DNA of 64,000 bases from Candidatus Saccharimonadota bacterium. GTDB taxonomy: Bacteria; Patescibacteriota; Saccharimonadia; Saccharimonadales; UBA10212. The stretch's first letter is position 1. Each line of letters opens with the position of its first letter. Location of the stretch: the NCBI GenBank assembly GCA_022841445.1, contig JALHRM010000001.1, positions 259,777 through 323,776 on the forward strand, in the 5' to 3' direction. The notes beneath the pieces are model-generated. The model saw nothing but the letters and a program-made list of their open reading frames with translations, was not told the origin of the DNA and did not search any database. Position numbers and translations under genes: made by a program. This document shows, piece after piece, positions 34,350 through 44,631 of this stretch.

Positions 34350-36937
34350 TCTGGTAACTCCCCTGCTTCGTTTCGGGCAACCTCGCTAAAAGTTTCGATT
34401 TGCTTATTTATGTTTGCGAGAAGAGTTTGTGCTTCCAAGAGCTGCTGCCTGGTCTGATCTATTACATCTTTTGGAGCATGTGATACATAAGACTTGTTGG
34501 CGAGTCGTTGCTCAAACCTTGTAACAGCGGTCTGCTGCTCTGTCTGCTGAGCTTTTAGTTTATCGAGGTAATGAAGCGCTGTTTCTTTATCGATATCCAG
34601 CCAGCAGGTATAAGTGGTTTGAGTCAAGAATAGCCCGTGACCATCACGCACTTCATTTACTCCGCCAAGTCCGGCAAGTTGTATGAGTAGCTCAGCATTA
34701 TCCTGAATGAACGGCACATTGGTGTAGTACAGCTGGGGTCGAGTAGTCTGTAATTGACTAATAATTAATCGTGCTTCGGAAACAATATTTTTAATTTCTT
34801 CAAAATCAGCTGCTAACTTTTTTTCTCCAGATGCCGCTTTTGGCCAATCACTGGCTGCTAGAATGGTATTTTTCTTCCATGGTAACGTTTGCCATATTGT
34901 CTCTGTTACAAACGGCGCAAAGGGGTGTGCAATACCGAGCACTGTTTCCAATACATACGCTAGTAAACTTTCGTTGGTCTGGACTTTGCTGGCTTCGATG
35001 TACCAGTCGGCGAAATCATCCCAGATAAATCGGTATAGTGTTTCGTATGCTTCAGATAGACGGTATTGTTCGATTTCCTTTTCGACTTTTTTAAGGCATT
35101 GTTCCAGTTGTAGCAATATCCAATGATCTGCTGATGAATTTGGCTTGGCCTCGGGTTTGAGTGAGGAGTTGTCGCCTACTTTTGATTCTATGAAACGGGC
35201 AACGTTCCATAGTTTGTTGCAAAAATTTCGTGCTCCAACTACTTTCATCGGTGCATAGGCTGCACTGTAACCAGGACTTCTTCCGGCTAGTATACCCATG
35301 CGTAGCGCATCAGAACCGTGCTCGTCGATGACTTCTTCAAGTGCGACTGTATTACCAAGACTTTTACTCATTTTGCGGCCATCCGGACTGCGCACCATCC
35401 CGTGCAGGTACACAGTCTTAAACGGGATATCATCCGTTATGTATAGGCCGAGACAAATCATTCTTGCCACCCATTGGAACAGGATATCAATACCCGTTTC
35501 CATAAGATCTGTGGGGTAAAAGTGCTTATAATCTTTGCTATCAGGATAACCAAGCGTTACAAAGGGCCATTGCCCGCTACTAAACCACGTATCAAAAACG
35601 TCCGGATCGCGACGGTATTTTTTACCATCGACTTCAATTTCCGTTTGTTTTACTTCGGTATTAAAGATCCAATCGTTGGGGTCTTCAACATTCTGGAAGG
35701 CTGGTATTGGTATTCCCCAGGCAATTTGCCGACTGATGTTCCAGTCGCGGACTGATTCGAGATATCTAACGACTTCTTTCTTTTTTGAAGCCGGATAGAA
35801 AGTTATTTTGTTGTCGTTAAGTTTCTTTATGGCCTCTTTGGCGAGGGGCTTCATGTTTATGAACCACTGATCGCGAACGAGCGGTTCGATGACAGTACCG
35901 CATTTGTAGCAGACGCCTACGCTGTGGGTATAGTCTTCTGTACTTTGCAGTGCACTCTCGGCTTCAAGTGCTGCCACGACGGCATCTCGTGCCTCAACTA
36001 CAGTAAGTCCACGGAACTTTTCTGGTGCGTTTTGCCCCAATTTACCATCTGGATCAATGACTTCGATCATGGAGAGTTTATGGCGTGTTCCAATATCGAA
36101 GTCGTTCGGATCATGAGCCGGAGTTATTTTGACCGCACCACTGCCAAAATCTTTGTCGACGTAATCATCTGCGATAATCGGCACTTCCCTGCCAGTTATC
36201 GGCAGCACCACTGTTTTCCCAACCATGTCCTTGTACCGAGCATCTTTAGGATTAACTGCTACAGCCGTGTCCCCTAACATCGTTTCTGGCCTGGTGGTTG
36301 CCACAACAACCGACTCTTTACTGTCTTTGATGGGGTACCGAATGTGCCAGAGCTTTGAGGGCTCTTCTTTGTAGACTACTTCGATATCTGCGAAGCTTGT
36401 TCCATGGAACGTGCAAAAATTAACTATACGCTCACCTCTGTATATGAGTTTGTCATCCCACATTTTTCGAAACGTTTCGTAGGCGGTTTCAATTACTTGG
36501 TTGTCGAGCGTAAAAGTAAACCGGCTCCAGTCACAGCTGGCACCAAGTCGGCGGAGTTGCCTTTCAAAGCCACCCTTATTTTTTTGAACAAAGTCCCAAA
36601 CCAGACCATAAAGTTCATCTCGGCTGAAGTCAAAACGACTCTTACCTTCTTTGGCAAGGTGTTTTTCGAACACTACTTGGGTTTCGAACCCGGCGTGATC
36701 TGCTCCTGGAACATACAGTGCTGCCCTGCCCTTCAATCTGTAATAGCGCACAAGCGTGTCTTGAACGGCGTTCATGTAGGCATGACCAAGGTGTAGGTCG
36801 GCGTTTGCGTTTGGCGGCGGCATGATAACCGTAAAGGTTTCTTTGCTGTCTCTTGGCACGAAGACGTTATTCCCTTCCCATAGGGCGTAGATGTTGTCTT
36901 CGTATTCCTTGGGATCGTACACGCTCGGTAACTTCAT
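34346..36937 (-). CDS. valS: Valine--tRNA ligase
   Basis: PPPNANADLHLGH, ATTRPET, DWNISRQ, DTWFSS, KMSKS; start at MKLPS (GAGGAG RBS). Confidence 0.97.
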   Translation of the reverse strand: MKLPSVYDPKEYEDNIYALWEGNNVFVPRDSKETFTVIMPPPNANADLHLGHAYMNAVQDTLVRYYRLKGRAALYVPGADHAGFETQVVFEKHLAKEGKSRFDFSRDELYGLVWDFVQKNKGGFERQLRRLGASCDWSRFTFTLDNQVIETAYETFRKMWDDKLIYRGERIVNFCTFHGTSFADIEVVYKEEPSKLWHIRYPIKDSKESVVVATTRPETMLGDTAVAVNPKDARYKDMVGKTVVLPITGREVPIIADDYVDKDFGSGAVKITPAHDPNDFDIGTRHKLSMIEVIDPDGKLGQNAPEKFRGLTVVEARDAVVAALEAESALQSTEDYTHSVGVCYKCGTVIEPLVRDQWFINMKPLAKEAIKKLNDNKITFYPASKKKEVVRYLESVRDWNISRQIAWGIPIPAFQNVEDPNDWIFNTEVKQTEIEVDGKKYRRDPDVFDTWFSSGQWPFVTLGYPDSKDYKHFYPTDLMETGIDILFQWVARMICLGLYITDDIPFKTVYLHGMVRSPDGRKMSKSLGNTVALEEVIDEHGSDALRMGILAGRSPGYSAAYAPMKVVGARNFCNKLWNVARFIESKVGDNSSLKPEAKPNSSADHWILLQLEQCLKKVEKEIEQYRLSEAYETLYRFIWDDFADWYIEASKVQTNESLLAYVLETVLGIAHPFAPFVTETIWQTLPWKKNTILAASDWPKAASGEKKLAADFEEIKNIVSEARLIISQLQTTRPQLYYTNVPFIQDNAELLIQLAGLGGVNEVRDGHGLFLTQTTYTCWLDIDKETALHYLDKLKAQQTEQQTAVTRFEQRLANKSYVSHAPKDVIDQTRQQLLEAQTLLANINKQIETFSEVARNEAGELPD

Positions 36938-37269
36938 TGTTTCTCCTCGTATGGATACAAGTATACCAGTGCTTACAGGGGTAGCCAAAGTATTGACCTT
37001 TGGCTCTATCGCAACATCGTAACACTCTGTTCCGAAGAGGTTACTTCACAGTAGATTAAGTATGTTTTCACATGAAAAATAACGCAATAAACAAGAAGAC
37101 TTTTCACGCGAAAAGCATTCATGAATACGTATTATTCCCACCCGTTTTGTATTTGGTGCAAGCTCAATTACTGAGCCGTCAAAACGGTTTTTGTTTTTGT
37201 ATTTTAAAGACTACCAGACGATAGCAGGCATTACCAGAATGAAATCTCTGTGGGGCTTGCTAGTCGCAG

Positions 37270-38331
37270 CTACATTGAAAGGGAAGTGTCGGTTGATAGT
37301 GTGTATGGATCATCGGGCTTGGTGCCGGCGTTAATCATCTGATACGCCAGTGCCGCAATCATTACAGCATTATCGGTGCAAAGCTTTATATCAGGAAACA
37401 CCACAGGAACGGGGAAGGTTCTTTCAAGTTGCTCACGCAATAGCCGATTGGCCGCAACACCACCCGCAACAACAACACTTTTAGGCTTGTACGTTTCATA
37501 GGCTTTTTTCGTTTTGCGAATCAGTGCTTCGATTGCGACATGCTCAAAACTTGCAGCAAGATTGGCCTTTTGAGCTTCTGTAAGCATGGCTGATAGCTTG
37601 TAGGATGGAAAAGTGAAGTCTTTACCGCACAGCTGCTGAGTCGCCCTCAAAACAGCTGTTTTTAAGCCTGAGAAGCTAAAGTCGTATTCTCCTGCCGTGT
37701 TGGCGATGGGAAGGCGAATGGCATTGGCATCTCCGCTCAAAGCCGCCTTAGAAACGTTCGGTCCTCCGGGGTAGGGAAGGCCAATAATTTTCGCTACCTT
37801 GTCGAAGGCTTCACCAACAGCATCATCAGTAGTTTGTCCCAGTAGCTCATAATCTGTAGCAGATTTGAAGATCACTAGCTGAGTGTGACCACCAGAGACA
37901 ATCAAGCTTAAAACTGGATAATCTGGCTGCTGAGCTGGCAGGGAATAGTTCTTTAATGGTGTACCTGTGATGAACGAAGCGAAAGGGTGCGCCATGACAT
38001 GATTTATCCCGTAAAGAGGCTTGTTCTTGATAATCGCCAGTGTTCTAGCCGTCATAACGCCAATCAAAAGGCTCCCACCAAGACCGGGACCGCGGGTGAC
38101 TGCTATTGCATCAATGTCATCCCAGTTTTTTTTTGCGCTGCTCAGCGCTTCTTCAACAACTGGAATGATAAGTTCAATATGGCTGCGTGCGGCAATCTCA
38201 GGAACGACACCGCCGTAAACGGTATGAAGGTCTACGCTGCTAGCAATGGCGTTGCTAAGCATTGTGTGGCCATCAACTACAACTGCGGCAGCGGTTTCAT
38301 CACAGCTTGATTCGATCCCAAGTATTGTCAC
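37270..38331 (-). CDS. tsaD: tRNA t6A threonylcarbamoyltransferase TsaD
   Basis: ILGIESSCDET, GGVVPE.AAR.H, VSGGHT, DDAVGEAFDK, FSFSGLKT, CTDNA.MI. Confidence 0.97.
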   Translation of the reverse strand: MTILGIESSCDETAAAVVVDGHTMLSNAIASSVDLHTVYGGVVPEIAARSHIELIIPVVEEALSSAKKNWDDIDAIAVTRGPGLGGSLLIGVMTARTLAIIKNKPLYGINHVMAHPFASFITGTPLKNYSLPAQQPDYPVLSLIVSGGHTQLVIFKSATDYELLGQTTDDAVGEAFDKVAKIIGLPYPGGPNVSKAALSGDANAIRLPIANTAGEYDFSFSGLKTAVLRATQQLCGKDFTFPSYKLSAMLTEAQKANLAASFEHVAIEALIRKTKKAYETYKPKSVVVAGGVAANRLLREQLERTFPVPVVFPDIKLCTDNAVMIAALAYQMINAGTKPDDPYTLSTDTSLSM

Positions 38332-38355
38332 CCTGTTATTCTACATGAATTCTTA

Positions 38356-38925
38356 CTAAGGATTCGGACCTTCGTTAAGCATGTCTCGTATGTAGCTTGG
38401 TGCTTTATTATGAGTATAAAGAGCGCACGCTGCAGACCCCACTACAATAAAAACTGTCTTTCTGCCGACCTCTTCTTCGTATTCAACGGCATCCTCAAAG
38501 CATCCCTTCACAAAATTCGGGCTAGGCCCCCACTTCCTCGTTGTTTGAACGAGGTTTGGCGATTTACTCCATGGTATCACTAGTACTTTGCCTCGCTTTT
38601 TGAAATCGGCGTCTTTGATTGCTTGATTGCAGATAGCCACTTTTGTTTTAAAGAGGGGAGCCCTCGTGCTAAGACAGGTACGATATTTTAGTCCTGCCAA
38701 AGCGACAAGCGGCACTCCTTCACCCCTTGGCTGCAGGATACTAGCATCACTCATAACTTTATCGCCAGGCCAATCTACTGTAAGCTGGGGTACAGACCCG
38801 ACAGCAATTGAAGACTGGTCGACAATAGCTCCGCAGCTGAGCAGGATCGTACCTCCCACAGCTATACGTGCACCGATATTAAATCTTCTTCTTAAGGTAT
38901 CTACTCTTGGCTGTCGTACATCCAT
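38356..38925 (-). CDS. Hypothetical protein (N-terminal hydrophobic segment)
   Basis: 189-aa ORF filling the gap between tsaD and murE; no family motif recognised. Confidence 0.6.
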   Translation of the reverse strand: MDVRQPRVDTLRRRFNIGARIAVGGTILLSCGAIVDQSSIAVGSVPQLTVDWPGDKVMSDASILQPRGEGVPLVALAGLKYRTCLSTRAPLFKTKVAICNQAIKDADFKKRGKVLVIPWSKSPNLVQTTRKWGPSPNFVKGCFEDAVEYEEEVGRKTVFIVVGSAACALYTHNKAPSYIRDMLNEGPNP

Positions 38926-39033
38926 AACTAAAGTCCATTATTTTACGCGACTGTATACTAATTTTGGTCTTGTATCAAGGCCCAGGGCTGCAGAAATTTT
39001 TTATATGACACCAACACCAACTACAATACCAGT

Positions 39034-40386
39034 ATGAATCCCAGGTCAATTGTCAAAAAGATTATTCCTGCAAATTTGTTTTTTAGGGTAGCTCCATATC
39101 TCCACCTAGTTGAGTCAGTTGTATTACAAATCAGACATGGATTTCCAGCACGCGGCATGAAAATTATCGGGGTGACTGGTACGGACGGCAAAACTTCTAC
39201 GTCATTTTTGATACATAGAATGCTGCACGAAGCAGGCTACAAGACCGGACTTATGACAACGGTCGGATACGGTGTCGGAGCGGACATAAAACCTCAGATA
39301 GAGCACATGACCACCGTACCAGTTGGGCAGTTGCTGCAGCGCATAAAGGCTATGAAGTCAGATGGTGTGCAGTGGCTGGTGTTAGAAACCACCAGTCATG
39401 CGTTGGCCCAGTTCCGTACATGGGGTATCCCATACAGCATCGTGGTGATGACTAATCTAAGCCATGAACACCTTGATTATCACAAGACTTTCGAGAATTA
39501 CCGAGCAGCTAAACGTCGACTGTTTGAACAGTGCAACAGCAACAAAAAGGGGTTGCGTATTGGTATCGTCAACGCTGATGATGCCAATGCCGAAGCGTTT
39601 TCGTCCGCGATAAAGAATCCGCTGCGATACGGCATAAAATCAGGTGATTTGCTCGCTAAAAACATCAAACTGACCACTTCGGGCAGTCGCTACGTCGCGG
39701 TCGCCGGAAGCGAAGAGTACCGAATAGAATGCCACTTGCCCGGTAGTTTCAATGTCTACAATTCGTTGGCGGCTGTTCAGGTGGGCAGAGCAGCTGGTCT
39801 TACAAAGCAACAGATTGAAAAAGGAATTGCTGCACTATCGGGGGTGGAAGGCCGCATGACTCGCATTGATGAAGGCCAAGAATTTGACGTCATTATCGAT
39901 TACGCCCACACGCCGGACAGTTTCAAGAAAATCCTTGAAGAAATTAAGCCGGTTGTCAAAGGGAAGATGATTGTAGTTTTTGGAAGTGCTGGCAGGCGGG
40001 ATGAGGCTAAGCGGGCGGTGCAGGGCAAAATTGCCGGAGAGCTGGCTGATGTTGTTATTGCAACCGAAGAAGACGACCGTGACATTGATGGCATAGAAAT
40101 TTTGCAACAAATTGCATCGGGCGCAAAACAGGCCGGCAAAGTTGAAAACAAAAACTTGTTCTTAGTCCACAAGCGAGAAGAAGCGATTGAAACTGCGTTC
40201 AAAATGGCAAAGGCCGGTGATCTTGTCGTGCTGCTAGGCAAGGGGCACGAAAAATCTATCCTAGGCAATGGCCCAGACGCGGCAAAACTCCGCCATTTAC
40301 CTCAGGACGACAAAGATTCTCGTCGGGTTGTTGAGCGTCCCTATAACGAGATTGAAGTCGCCCGAAAAATTATAAAATCTCTGTAA
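39034..40386 (+). CDS. murE: UDP-MurNAc-tripeptide synthetase (MurE-family ligase)
   Basis: GVTGTDGKT, ETTSHAL.Q, TNLSHEHLDYH, NADD, DYAHTPD, GKGHE. Confidence 0.92.
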   Translation: MNPRSIVKKIIPANLFFRVAPYLHLVESVVLQIRHGFPARGMKIIGVTGTDGKTSTSFLIHRMLHEAGYKTGLMTTVGYGVGADIKPQIEHMTTVPVGQLLQRIKAMKSDGVQWLVLETTSHALAQFRTWGIPYSIVVMTNLSHEHLDYHKTFENYRAAKRRLFEQCNSNKKGLRIGIVNADDANAEAFSSAIKNPLRYGIKSGDLLAKNIKLTTSGSRYVAVAGSEEYRIECHLPGSFNVYNSLAAVQVGRAAGLTKQQIEKGIAALSGVEGRMTRIDEGQEFDVIIDYAHTPDSFKKILEEIKPVVKGKMIVVFGSAGRRDEAKRAVQGKIAGELADVVIATEEDDRDIDGIEILQQIASGAKQAGKVENKNLFLVHKREEAIETAFKMAKAGDLVVLLGKGHEKSILGNGPDAAKLRHLPQDDKDSRRVVERPYNEIEVARKIIKSL

Positions 40387-40398
40387 AATGGCGACGAG

Positions 40399-40797
40399 TT
40401 ATCGAAGACTTTCGTTGCGTTGCTTCCATTCTTCATCAGTGTAAAGCATGCCATCGGGGCCTAGATGTTGCCTCTCGGGGAGAGTACGCCCGCCAGTTAG
40501 CTCGTCAAGTCTAGCGCGAGCTTTTGCCTTTCGTCTGTCCAGGTCTTCTTGCTCGAGCACAAGTCCTTCCTCTACTTTAAGACCTGCTTTCTCGTTTCTA
40601 AGTTCATCCCTTTGACTTGTGATACCGTCCATCTCCATATCTAAGGCTTCGGGTGACCAAATGCCACCAGGGGCAGTAAATAGATCACCATTGGCTAATG
40701 TTACTCGGGCAATATCGGCCAGATCTCTTTGGCGTCTGGTTGCTGAGTCTATTTGATTTTGAATGTGCTCACTTGGTAAGTGGGTTGTTTCACTCAT
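40399..40797 (-). CDS. Hypothetical coiled-coil protein
   Basis: 132-aa ORF with its own TTGACT-17-TAATAT promoter. Confidence 0.65.
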   Translation of the reverse strand: MSETTHLPSEHIQNQIDSATRRQRDLADIARVTLANGDLFTAPGGIWSPEALDMEMDGITSQRDELRNEKAGLKVEEGLVLEQEDLDRRKAKARARLDELTGGRTLPERQHLGPDGMLYTDEEWKQRNESLR

Positions 40798-40905
40798 TAA
40801 ATTAAACCTGATTTATTTGTTTTTCAGAAAGTATTAATAATATTAGCATAGAGTTGACTATTAGTCAACTAGTGAATAAATTAGTAAACTGCTTTAAGTG
40901 GTGAT

Positions 40906-41154
40906 TTAAAGTGTTTTCTCGAGCGCTGCTACTTCACCGTCAACACGTACCAATAACTCATCCTCGCACGCTATGGCCGCCCTTCGCGCGGTTGTTGTTT
41001 GAGTTGGATCCGTAGCAACTGCACGTAAACCACCGAACATCACATCAAGCTCGCGTCCCAGCAGTTCTGCTGCTTGTTCAATGGCCGATGTATTTGCATC
41101 CAGCGCAATACCAGATATACGCCCCGGGTTCATATCGCATTCGTTGTCGCTCAT
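40906..41154 (-). CDS. Hypothetical small helical protein divergent from groES
   Basis: 82 aa from MSDNEC; plausible amino-acid composition, no motif. Confidence 0.5.
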   Translation of the reverse strand: MSDNECDMNPGRISGIALDANTSAIEQAAELLGRELDVMFGGLRAVATDPTQTTTARRAAIACEDELLVRVDGEVAALEKTL

Positions 41155-41199
41155 CAGTTTGTATTTTAGCAGAATTTTTATGCACTCTTGACACAAGTT

Positions 41200-41257
41200 T
41201 TAGCACTCGGGTATTATGAGTGCCAGAAGATTAGCACTCACAAGACGCTAGTGCTAA
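41200..41257 (+). promoter_or_regulatory. Tandem CIRCE elements (HrcA operators) upstream of groES
   Basis: TTAGCACTC-N9-GAGTGCCAG (41200-41226) and TTAGCACTC-N9-TAGTGCTAA (41231-41257) versus consensus TTAGCACTC-N9-GAGTGCTAA. Confidence 0.92.
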
Positions 41258-41292
41258 TCTAACATCTTATCAATTCATTAAAGGAGGAAGAA

Positions 41293-41586
41293 ATGGCAGT
41301 GAACCTGCAACCATTATCAGATTATGTTGTGGCAGAACAAGAAGAGGCCGTCACTAAGACCGCCAGTGGTCTATACTTGCCCGACAAGGCAACCGAAAAG
41401 CCAAAAGTGGCCAAAGTTCTAGCAGTCGGTCCAGGCAAAGTAGGCGACGATAACGAGCGCGTGCCGGTAGAAGTAAAAGTTGGTGACAAAATTGTTTACA
41501 AAAGCTATAGCACGACCGAAGTAAAAGTTGGCGACAAAGAGTACATCTTGGTCAAAGAAGAAGATATTCTAGCAATCGTTAAATAA
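41293..41586 (+). CDS. groES: Co-chaperonin GroES
   Basis: LQPLSD, TASGLYLP, AVGPG, VKVGDK, EEDILA; AGGAGG RBS. Confidence 0.97.
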   Translation: MAVNLQPLSDYVVAEQEEAVTKTASGLYLPDKATEKPKVAKVLAVGPGKVGDDNERVPVEVKVGDKIVYKSYSTTEVKVGDKEYILVKEEDILAIVK

Positions 41587-41606
41587 TCGGAGAAATAAGA
41601 AGTATC

Positions 41607-43256
41607 ATGGCAAAGAAAGTATTTTATGATGACGATGCCCGCCGACGAGTGTTGGCTGGTGCGAAAGTTTTATACGACGCAGTGAAAACAACTATGGGCC
41701 CAAAGGGTCGCAATGTTGTGATCAGCAAAAGTTATGGCAACCCGACGGTGACACACGATGGCGTGACTGTTGCTAAGGGTGTTGAATTGGCCGACGTTGA
41801 TGATGAGACATTGGGCTACAAGGTTGGTGCTGAGCTGATCAAGCAAGCTGCCAGCAAGATGAACGATATGGCTGGTGATGGCACAACAACCGTTACGGTA
41901 CTGACCTATCACATTCTGAACGAGGCTAACCGCCTAATCGCTGCCGGTCACAACCCGATGTTGTTGCGAAAAGGTCTTGAAGCTGCTGCACACGATGTCA
42001 TCTCGAAGCTTGATGGCATGACTGAGGACATCGCCGGTAAGAAAAGCCGCATCGCCGAAGTAGCTACTATCAGTGCTGGAGATAGCGAAATCGGCACACT
42101 TATTGCCGATGTCATGGACAAGGTTGGTAAAGACGGTGTCGTGACTGTTGAAGAAGGTCAAGGCTTGGCGCTGGAAAGCGAAGTCGTGGAAGGCTTTACT
42201 GTCGACCGCGGTTACGTCAGCCCCTACATGGTTACCGATACCTCCCGCATGGAAGCTGTGTATGACAAGCCAGCCATTCTGATTACTGATAAAAAAATCA
42301 GTAGTGTTCAGGAATTCCTGCCTGTCCTTGAAAAGCTTGCTCAGTCTGGTAAAAAGGATTTGGTCATTGTGGCCGAAGATGTTGAAGGTGAAGCGCTCGG
42401 TACATTAGTACTTAACCGCCTCAAGGGTGTGTTCAACACTGTTGCCGTGAAGGCTCCTGCCTTCGGTGATCGCCGCAAGGACATCCTGGAGGACATGGCT
42501 ATTCTGACTGGTGCAACTGTCATTACAGAAGACCGTGGCTACACATTTGAAAACGCCGAACTGGAAATGATTGGGAGTGCCCGAAAAGTAATCGTTACTA
42601 AGGACGAGACCACCATTATCGAGGGTGCGGGAGACCACACAGCAGTCGCTGCCCGAGTCGACCAAATCAATAAACAGATTGCTGCCGCAACGAGCGAGTA
42701 CGACAAGGAAAACTTAGAAAAACGCCGCGCTGCACTATCCGGCAAAGTTGCCGTCATCAAAGTTGGCGGTGCTACAGAAACTGAAATCGAAGAAAAGAAG
42801 TTCCGTGTTGATGACGCCGTCGCTGCTGTAAAAGCCGCTATGGACGAGGGTGTCGTGCCTGGCGGTGGCGTGACGCTCATCAATCTTGCTTCTACCATTA
42901 CAACATCCCCAACCGATGATGCGTCAGTAGCGTCTGGCAAAATTATCTTGAAAAGCGCACTTGAACAGCCGTTCAGAATTTTGCTTACCAACGCTGGCCT
43001 GAATGCCGATGAGTGGTTGCCAAAGGTTCGTGATGCCAAGCCAGGGCAAGGTGTCGATGTAAATAGCCCAAGTAAGCTAGTGGATCTTAAATCACAGGGC
43101 GTTGTTGATCCGACTCGCGTTACCAAGGAAGCTTTACAGAACGCTTCTTCTATCGCGGGTACGGCAATGACAATGGGTGCGCTTGTTGTTGAAGTTCCTG
43201 AACCTAAAGCTGCTCCTGCCGCACCTGATATGGGTGGTATGGGCGGAATGATGTAG
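41607..43256 (+). CDS. groEL: Chaperonin GroEL
   Basis: TMGPKGRNV, AGDGTTT, KAPAFGDRRK, VGGATE.E..EKK, GGM tail. Confidence 0.98.
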   Translation: MAKKVFYDDDARRRVLAGAKVLYDAVKTTMGPKGRNVVISKSYGNPTVTHDGVTVAKGVELADVDDETLGYKVGAELIKQAASKMNDMAGDGTTTVTVLTYHILNEANRLIAAGHNPMLLRKGLEAAAHDVISKLDGMTEDIAGKKSRIAEVATISAGDSEIGTLIADVMDKVGKDGVVTVEEGQGLALESEVVEGFTVDRGYVSPYMVTDTSRMEAVYDKPAILITDKKISSVQEFLPVLEKLAQSGKKDLVIVAEDVEGEALGTLVLNRLKGVFNTVAVKAPAFGDRRKDILEDMAILTGATVITEDRGYTFENAELEMIGSARKVIVTKDETTIIEGAGDHTAVAARVDQINKQIAAATSEYDKENLEKRRAALSGKVAVIKVGGATETEIEEKKFRVDDAVAAVKAAMDEGVVPGGGVTLINLASTITTSPTDDASVASGKIILKSALEQPFRILLTNAGLNADEWLPKVRDAKPGQGVDVNSPSKLVDLKSQGVVDPTRVTKEALQNASSIAGTAMTMGALVVEVPEPKAAPAAPDMGGMGGMM

Positions 43257-43278
43257 CTTAATAGTTTTCTAAGCCAGG

Positions 43279-43305
43279 AAAGCGGCCTGTAGTGGCCGCT
43301 TTTTT
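43279..43305 (+). terminator. Intrinsic terminator of groESL
   Basis: AAAGCGGCC-TGTAGT-GGCCGCTTTTTT. Confidence 0.88.
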
Positions 43306-43380
43306 GTGCCCCGTAACATTATTGACTAATAAGCATAAGTATGATAAACTAAAATTAAGTTACTAAAAAACAAAAACATC

Positions 43381-43944
43381 ATGGCAAGTTCAGAAGAAAC
43401 AACCCCGAACCCTGAGTCCCTAGCTTCCCCGGCTTTTCGCAATAAAGTCGTGGATGTTTTTAACACGGGCATGGAGGGTGAGTATAAACGCTATCTTGAA
43501 CTCGAAAGAATCCGCCAGGAAGGCGAAAGCGTGCTTAGGAGTCCAACCGAATTAACGATGCTGCAGGGCATTATCGCGGGTGCATCCGCAGTAACACTTC
43601 ATCAGACAGGACAAGAAGAATACGTTGAGCAACAACTCAAAGTAACGATTGATTCAGCTGCATCGGTTTCGGGAATGTCGGGTGAGGTTCTTGATCGTGA
43701 ACGGCAAGTGGGCAGGGAAACACTACGAGAAATGTTAACCACTCCTACAAGAGGAATCGGCGGACTTCTGGGTAGGATTGATGGTCATCACTCCCCGTTT
43801 GCTGAGGCGCTCATGCCGGCAGCGTTGGAAATTGCTGCCACAAGATTTATAGCGGAAGATAGTGCTGGACAAAGCATCGCAATGCACTATCGTGCTGATG
43901 CATTGAAGCGTGCGGTTGACACCGTAACTAACGTTACTCAGTAA
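43381..43944 (+). CDS. Hypothetical helical protein
   Basis: 187-aa ORF with its own TTGACT-17-TAAACT promoter. Confidence 0.7.
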   Translation: MASSEETTPNPESLASPAFRNKVVDVFNTGMEGEYKRYLELERIRQEGESVLRSPTELTMLQGIIAGASAVTLHQTGQEEYVEQQLKVTIDSAASVSGMSGEVLDRERQVGRETLREMLTTPTRGIGGLLGRIDGHHSPFAEALMPAALEIAATRFIAEDSAGQSIAMHYRADALKRAVDTVTNVTQ

Positions 43945-44021
43945 TTTTTTATACTGAATTTGAGTGTGCTAACACTTTATCGTATAATACTGAATAGCTA
44001 CGTAATGGGAGGCCAACTACA

Positions 44022-44603
44022 TTGGCTCTATTTAATCGCAATTCAAACGAATCAAACCAGCCAACCAGCCTGGAACAATATTACGCCACACAACGTCGCA
44101 GTAATGTCGCCAGCTGGGTGCTGACCGCCGGTGTCTTTATCGGCAGTGTCTTGATTGTGCTTGGGTTGGTGTTCGGCGGTCGTTACGCATATCGCCAGAT
44201 TGTTGATAATGATGATCAAATCCCTCCTGTTTCTCAGCAGGAAAGCGATGAATCTACTAATCAGGAACAGAGTACAGTTACCGATAAGCAGGATGACTCA
44301 GGCAGCAATTCCGGCACGACTACTACGCCTAGCACTCCCGCTCCTAGTCAACCAAACCCTGCACCAGCTATTCCTGCTCCCACTCCAAGTCCTAGCCCCA
44401 CGCCAGCTCCACAGCCGCAAACACTGCCACGCCCCACTCCTACAACACCTTCGACACCTGCCACAGGTAGCGCACAACCAGCTCAATTACCTAATAGCGG
44501 ACCGGAAAATTTGCCAGGTATCTTTGTAGTGATCAGCCTTTTGGCAGCAGCCTTACACCACGTTCATAGCCGCTTTAAACTGCGCTCAGCAAACAACGGG
44601 TAG
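44022..44603 (+). CDS. Pro/Thr-rich surface protein with an N-terminal TM and a C-terminal LPxSG-TM-basic tail
   Basis: GGAGG RBS + TTG; TM at aa 30-52; PT/PS linker; QLPNSG followed by a hydrophobic helix and basic residues. Confidence 0.78.
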   Translation: MALFNRNSNESNQPTSLEQYYATQRRSNVASWVLTAGVFIGSVLIVLGLVFGGRYAYRQIVDNDDQIPPVSQQESDESTNQEQSTVTDKQDDSGSNSGTTTTPSTPAPSQPNPAPAIPAPTPSPSPTPAPQPQTLPRPTPTTPSTPATGSAQPAQLPNSGPENLPGIFVVISLLAAALHHVHSRFKLRSANNG

Positions 44604-44631
44604 ATTGCTTAGCTTTTTAAAAAGTAGCTAA

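Noticed and set aside
36938..37269. T-box riboswitch upstream of valS
   Set aside because: Only a partial GGGTGG match on the minus strand, with no full T-box/terminator; a TGGTATACT -10 lies ~25 nt from the valS start, leaving no room for a leader.
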